From positions 44,516,001 through 44,580,000 of the forward strand of contig NC_058370.1 in assembly GCF_018350175.1 (NCBI RefSeq): DNA of 64,000 bases, in the 5' to 3' direction. The notes beneath the pieces were generated by a model, which made no database searches, was not told the origin of the DNA, and saw only the letters and a list, made by a program, of their open reading frames with translations. Shown in pieces: positions 61,086 through 64,000 of this stretch (the first letter of the stretch is position 1; each line of letters starts with the position of its first letter). Source of the DNA: Felis catus (lineage: Eukaryota). The translations under genes were made by a program, and so were the position numbers.

Positions 61086-62624
61086 AACGGGTCCTGGTGA
61101 TACAAATGGGTCCAAATCAATCATGAGAAATGAGGAGGGTTTGTTTTCAGAGAAGAGCCAGCCTATCCTCTAATATATTCTAAAGTCTACCCTGGTGTGT
61201 CAGGTCCAGAAACCTGGTAAGGGGGCCAAAATGCATTGTTAGATTTTATTTTATTTTTTTTTTAATTTGAAGTCTGATCAGCCATCTGTTATTCACCAGC
61301 CACTTTGCTGGGCAGCTTTCACCACTAACAGTCGTTCTCAACCAGCCTGAGCAGCCCAGCCCAGCTGTCTTACAGAGACACCATTCCTCTTGGGGTCATT
61401 TGAGGTGAAAGCCCTGATTAGCTCCTTCTAGGACCTCAGATGCGGTGACACACTGAGTATTGCCCATCTCATATCAACCTCAGTCTTTGTGCATTTACAG
61501 CTGACACCTGGGAGCTCCATAGACTGCTGGTAGTCACGCTCTTGCATGTGGTGAAGCCAGATAAGACCTTTGAAATCCCTACCATATTCTCTATCATTTC
61601 CTTTCCCCTACCTTCCCTGGGTCCAGAGAGAGCTGGGATATTTTATCAGATCATACTAGGCTGCGTTACCGTGGGGGCATCTTTATTCCAGCTTCTCAGT
61701 TCCCGACAAGCCCTGTCATTACTTGCGAAGTCACTAGGACTCAGTTTGCAACTCGAAAATGGAGAAGCAACCAAGGAAAATTCTGTAGATTTTGTTTTGC
61801 TTTTTTTTTTTAATATAGCAAAACACTTTTATAGTCCAACCTTTTCTATTCCAGACCACTCTCCTTTTATTTATGTGAAGTAAGACATTTATGCCCTCCT
61901 GATCCATCTGCTCTTTCCTGCAAGGGAAATATCACTCTGCATTTAAATGGAAACCTTAAGACTGGACCTGAGCCTGAATCTTCAAGTGAGAAATAAAAAA
62001 AATATCATTAACCTTTCCAGATAGCGTGCAGACCATTTGGGGCAACGGGAGAGCTCATGTACCAAATGTCTGTCTTTTACAGGCAAAGTAAGATGGAGTA
62101 GAGGTTGGCCTGGGGCTTCCCTCCCCCTGACTCAACCAAGGGGCAGCTTCTGTTTACACGGCAGGGAGGAGAACTCTCTTTCCTGATGGTGGATATACAT
62201 GAGCAGCCACTCTCCAGGAAATTGGGGAAGAAAATGGCTTGGGTGTGCTTTATTTGTTTGTGAATTTTTTTCCCCAAGGTCAAACTGTGGCTGCAGTTGG
62301 GGCATGGAAAATTAGATTTAGGATCCTGAATGCAGTCGTCCCCAGTGGGGGGACTCAGGGCTAGATCAGTTATTAGATAGCATGAGACCCCTGGCCTTCA
62401 TCATGTCAAGATCTTGGTCATCATACAGTAAATCTTCTTTTTCCCACTCCCTTGCTCTGTCTCTGATCACTGTGACACATAGCTGCTAAAAATATGGGTT
62501 CTAGGCTCCCCATAGTGTCTTTGCCTCATTTCCTTTTTTTGCTTTTTAACAATATATACCATTCTTCTGCTTCCAGTTACATTCTATTTTTATTTCCAAT
62601 TAAAGACAGTTTTAGTATGAACAA

Positions 62625-62860
62625 CTCATGTTTACTGGGACTTCATATGAATTAATACAAAATTATGTCTATATTAACTCAGATAATCCTTCCATCAACC
62701 CCATGGAATAGCTATTATTTTTCTCATTTTACAGATGAGAAAATTGAGCCCAGAGAGGAAAGTGGGGAAATTTGCCCCAGAACACACATCCAGGAATAAC
62801 AGAGTTGGGATTCGGAACTAGGCAGTCTTGTTCTAGAATTTGTATCCTTAATCACAGTAG
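62625..62860 (-). mobile_element. MIR relic
   Basis: tattatttttctcattttacagatgagaaaattgagcccagagagg...tttgccccagaacacac...gagttgggattcggaactaggcagtct. Confidence 0.8.
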
Positions 62861-64000
62861 AGCAAAAACCAGCAGAGCAAAACAACACAGGGAGGTCTCT
62901 CATGGTAGAAGCTCGTAGAAAAACACATCTCACGATTGAAGAGAGAGGTCCTCCCAGAATGTCAGATAGCTCTTCTCTCTGGTCTAGAAGTGTCTACATG
63001 AATGGGGTTTCCTTGAAGTCTTTCTGTTTTAGAACTTCTTATAGAAAGTGCTGAGATGGACAACCTCAGAGGACTGTGAGTGAAAACCAAGATGATGTCT
63101 TGCTTCAGAAACAGACTCTTCTGAGCTACATTTGTACATGCTCTATGGCAGGTATTGAAACGTGGCATGGCATGGAATGGATGTCAGAGCCCTTTCTATT
63201 GCCATGGCTACAGTGCCGTGACCTTCCACAGCACAGAACAGCAGAAGACTTGCCCTTCCAATGTCCCACATTGATGAGAGTTGCCCCTGACTGGTTGGCC
63301 CAGCCCTTTCTGCCCTTGGCCTATGGTCTTTCTTTTAGGGGAGTCCACTGCATTTCGGAAAAAGGAGGAAAGGTGGAGAGGGTCCACCAGGTGGGTTCTT
63401 ACTGGACTCAGGGAGGCAAAGCTCAGGGACAGGGATGTTCCTGGTGAAGATGCTGGTTTCCTTTTTGGAAACACAGGTGTTTTGGAGCCATTGGATGGCT
63501 TGGATTTGCCTATAACACCTGTGAAGGCCCAGGGCCCAGGTTGAAGGCCCACGGGAGTCTTCCTGAGAGAAGCCTCAGTGTTGTCTGCACAAAGTTGTGA
63601 ACCAAATTGAGGCAGAAAACCTCTGACTTTTACCCAGGTGATAGGTTCGTCTTCTGGCCATCTTGGCTTCCCCTTGCCTCTAGCCACAACTGCCAAACCC
63701 TGCCATCTCCCCCTGGGAACCCCAAGAGAGATTTAGAAGCAAAAGGATCCTTACAAGTAATCAAGTCTCTGGCTCTGATTTTGCCAGAATTGGGGCTGAT
63801 TTCACTAGTCCTACTGAATCCTGGCCCTACATTCTATGTGGTTTTGGTCCGAGCCCTCCTGGCCAAGCTATAGCATCTGCCCTCTGAAGGTCCCCAGCTG
63901 TTGAGCCAGGTCACTCAGTGGGGGGTGGTGATGCATACTGGCTTTTTATGTTTCCCACTTTGGTACCCTAATTTCTCTCCTTTTACAAAGAAAAGAGCAG

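Larger units (their letters stand above)
49995..64000 (+). other. SLC24A3: 5' part of a long SLC24A3 intron (probable intron 6)
   Basis: Starts gtaaga; the next expected NCKX3 exon (VVALSSW-like, recalled) was not seen in the window. Confidence 0.85.

Noticed and set aside
63208-63696. 162-aa minus-strand ORF
   Set aside because: No recognisable domain or exon structure; length is within chance expectation for six frames of 64 kb.
1-64000. Prokaryotic-type systems (CRISPR array, operon, defence island, prophage)
   Set aside because: The sequence is a mammalian intron. The short direct repeats have only 2-3 copies without unique spacers, and no cas-like or other long ORFs exist.

Overview
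This is eukaryotic, not prokaryotic, DNA. It is a mammalian genomic window, most likely felid, judging from young SINEC_Fc-type CAN-SINEs and carnivore L1 3' ends. It lies inside SLC24A3 (NCKX3, K+-dependent Na+/Ca2+ exchanger 3) on the + strand. Only 264 bp is coding: three internal exons at 45962-46036, 49432-49516 and 49891-49994 (exons 4-6 by recalled human numbering). They splice in frame and encode the first transmembrane helices and the alpha-1 repeat. The rest is intron containing 13 CAN-SINE/tRNA-derived SINE copies, L1/L2/MIR relics, ERVL/MaLR LTRs, DNA transposon fossils (MER82, MER33, MER5A, MER63, MARNA), microsatellites and four assembly gaps. Nearly all ORFs in the supplied track are spurious. 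I found no convincing novel biological system. The best second-look items are: a ~230 bp micro-inversion splitting a mariner (MARNA) fossil; a twin-primed 5'-inverted L1; a perfect 71-bp tandem duplication; template-switch-like repeat clusters, one carrying three UGCAUG motifs; a phase-0/phase-0 exon cassette that would give a stop-free circular ORF; and homeobox-motif-rich candidate enhancers. Repeat family names come from recalled consensus sequences, and boundaries of old repeats are approximate.
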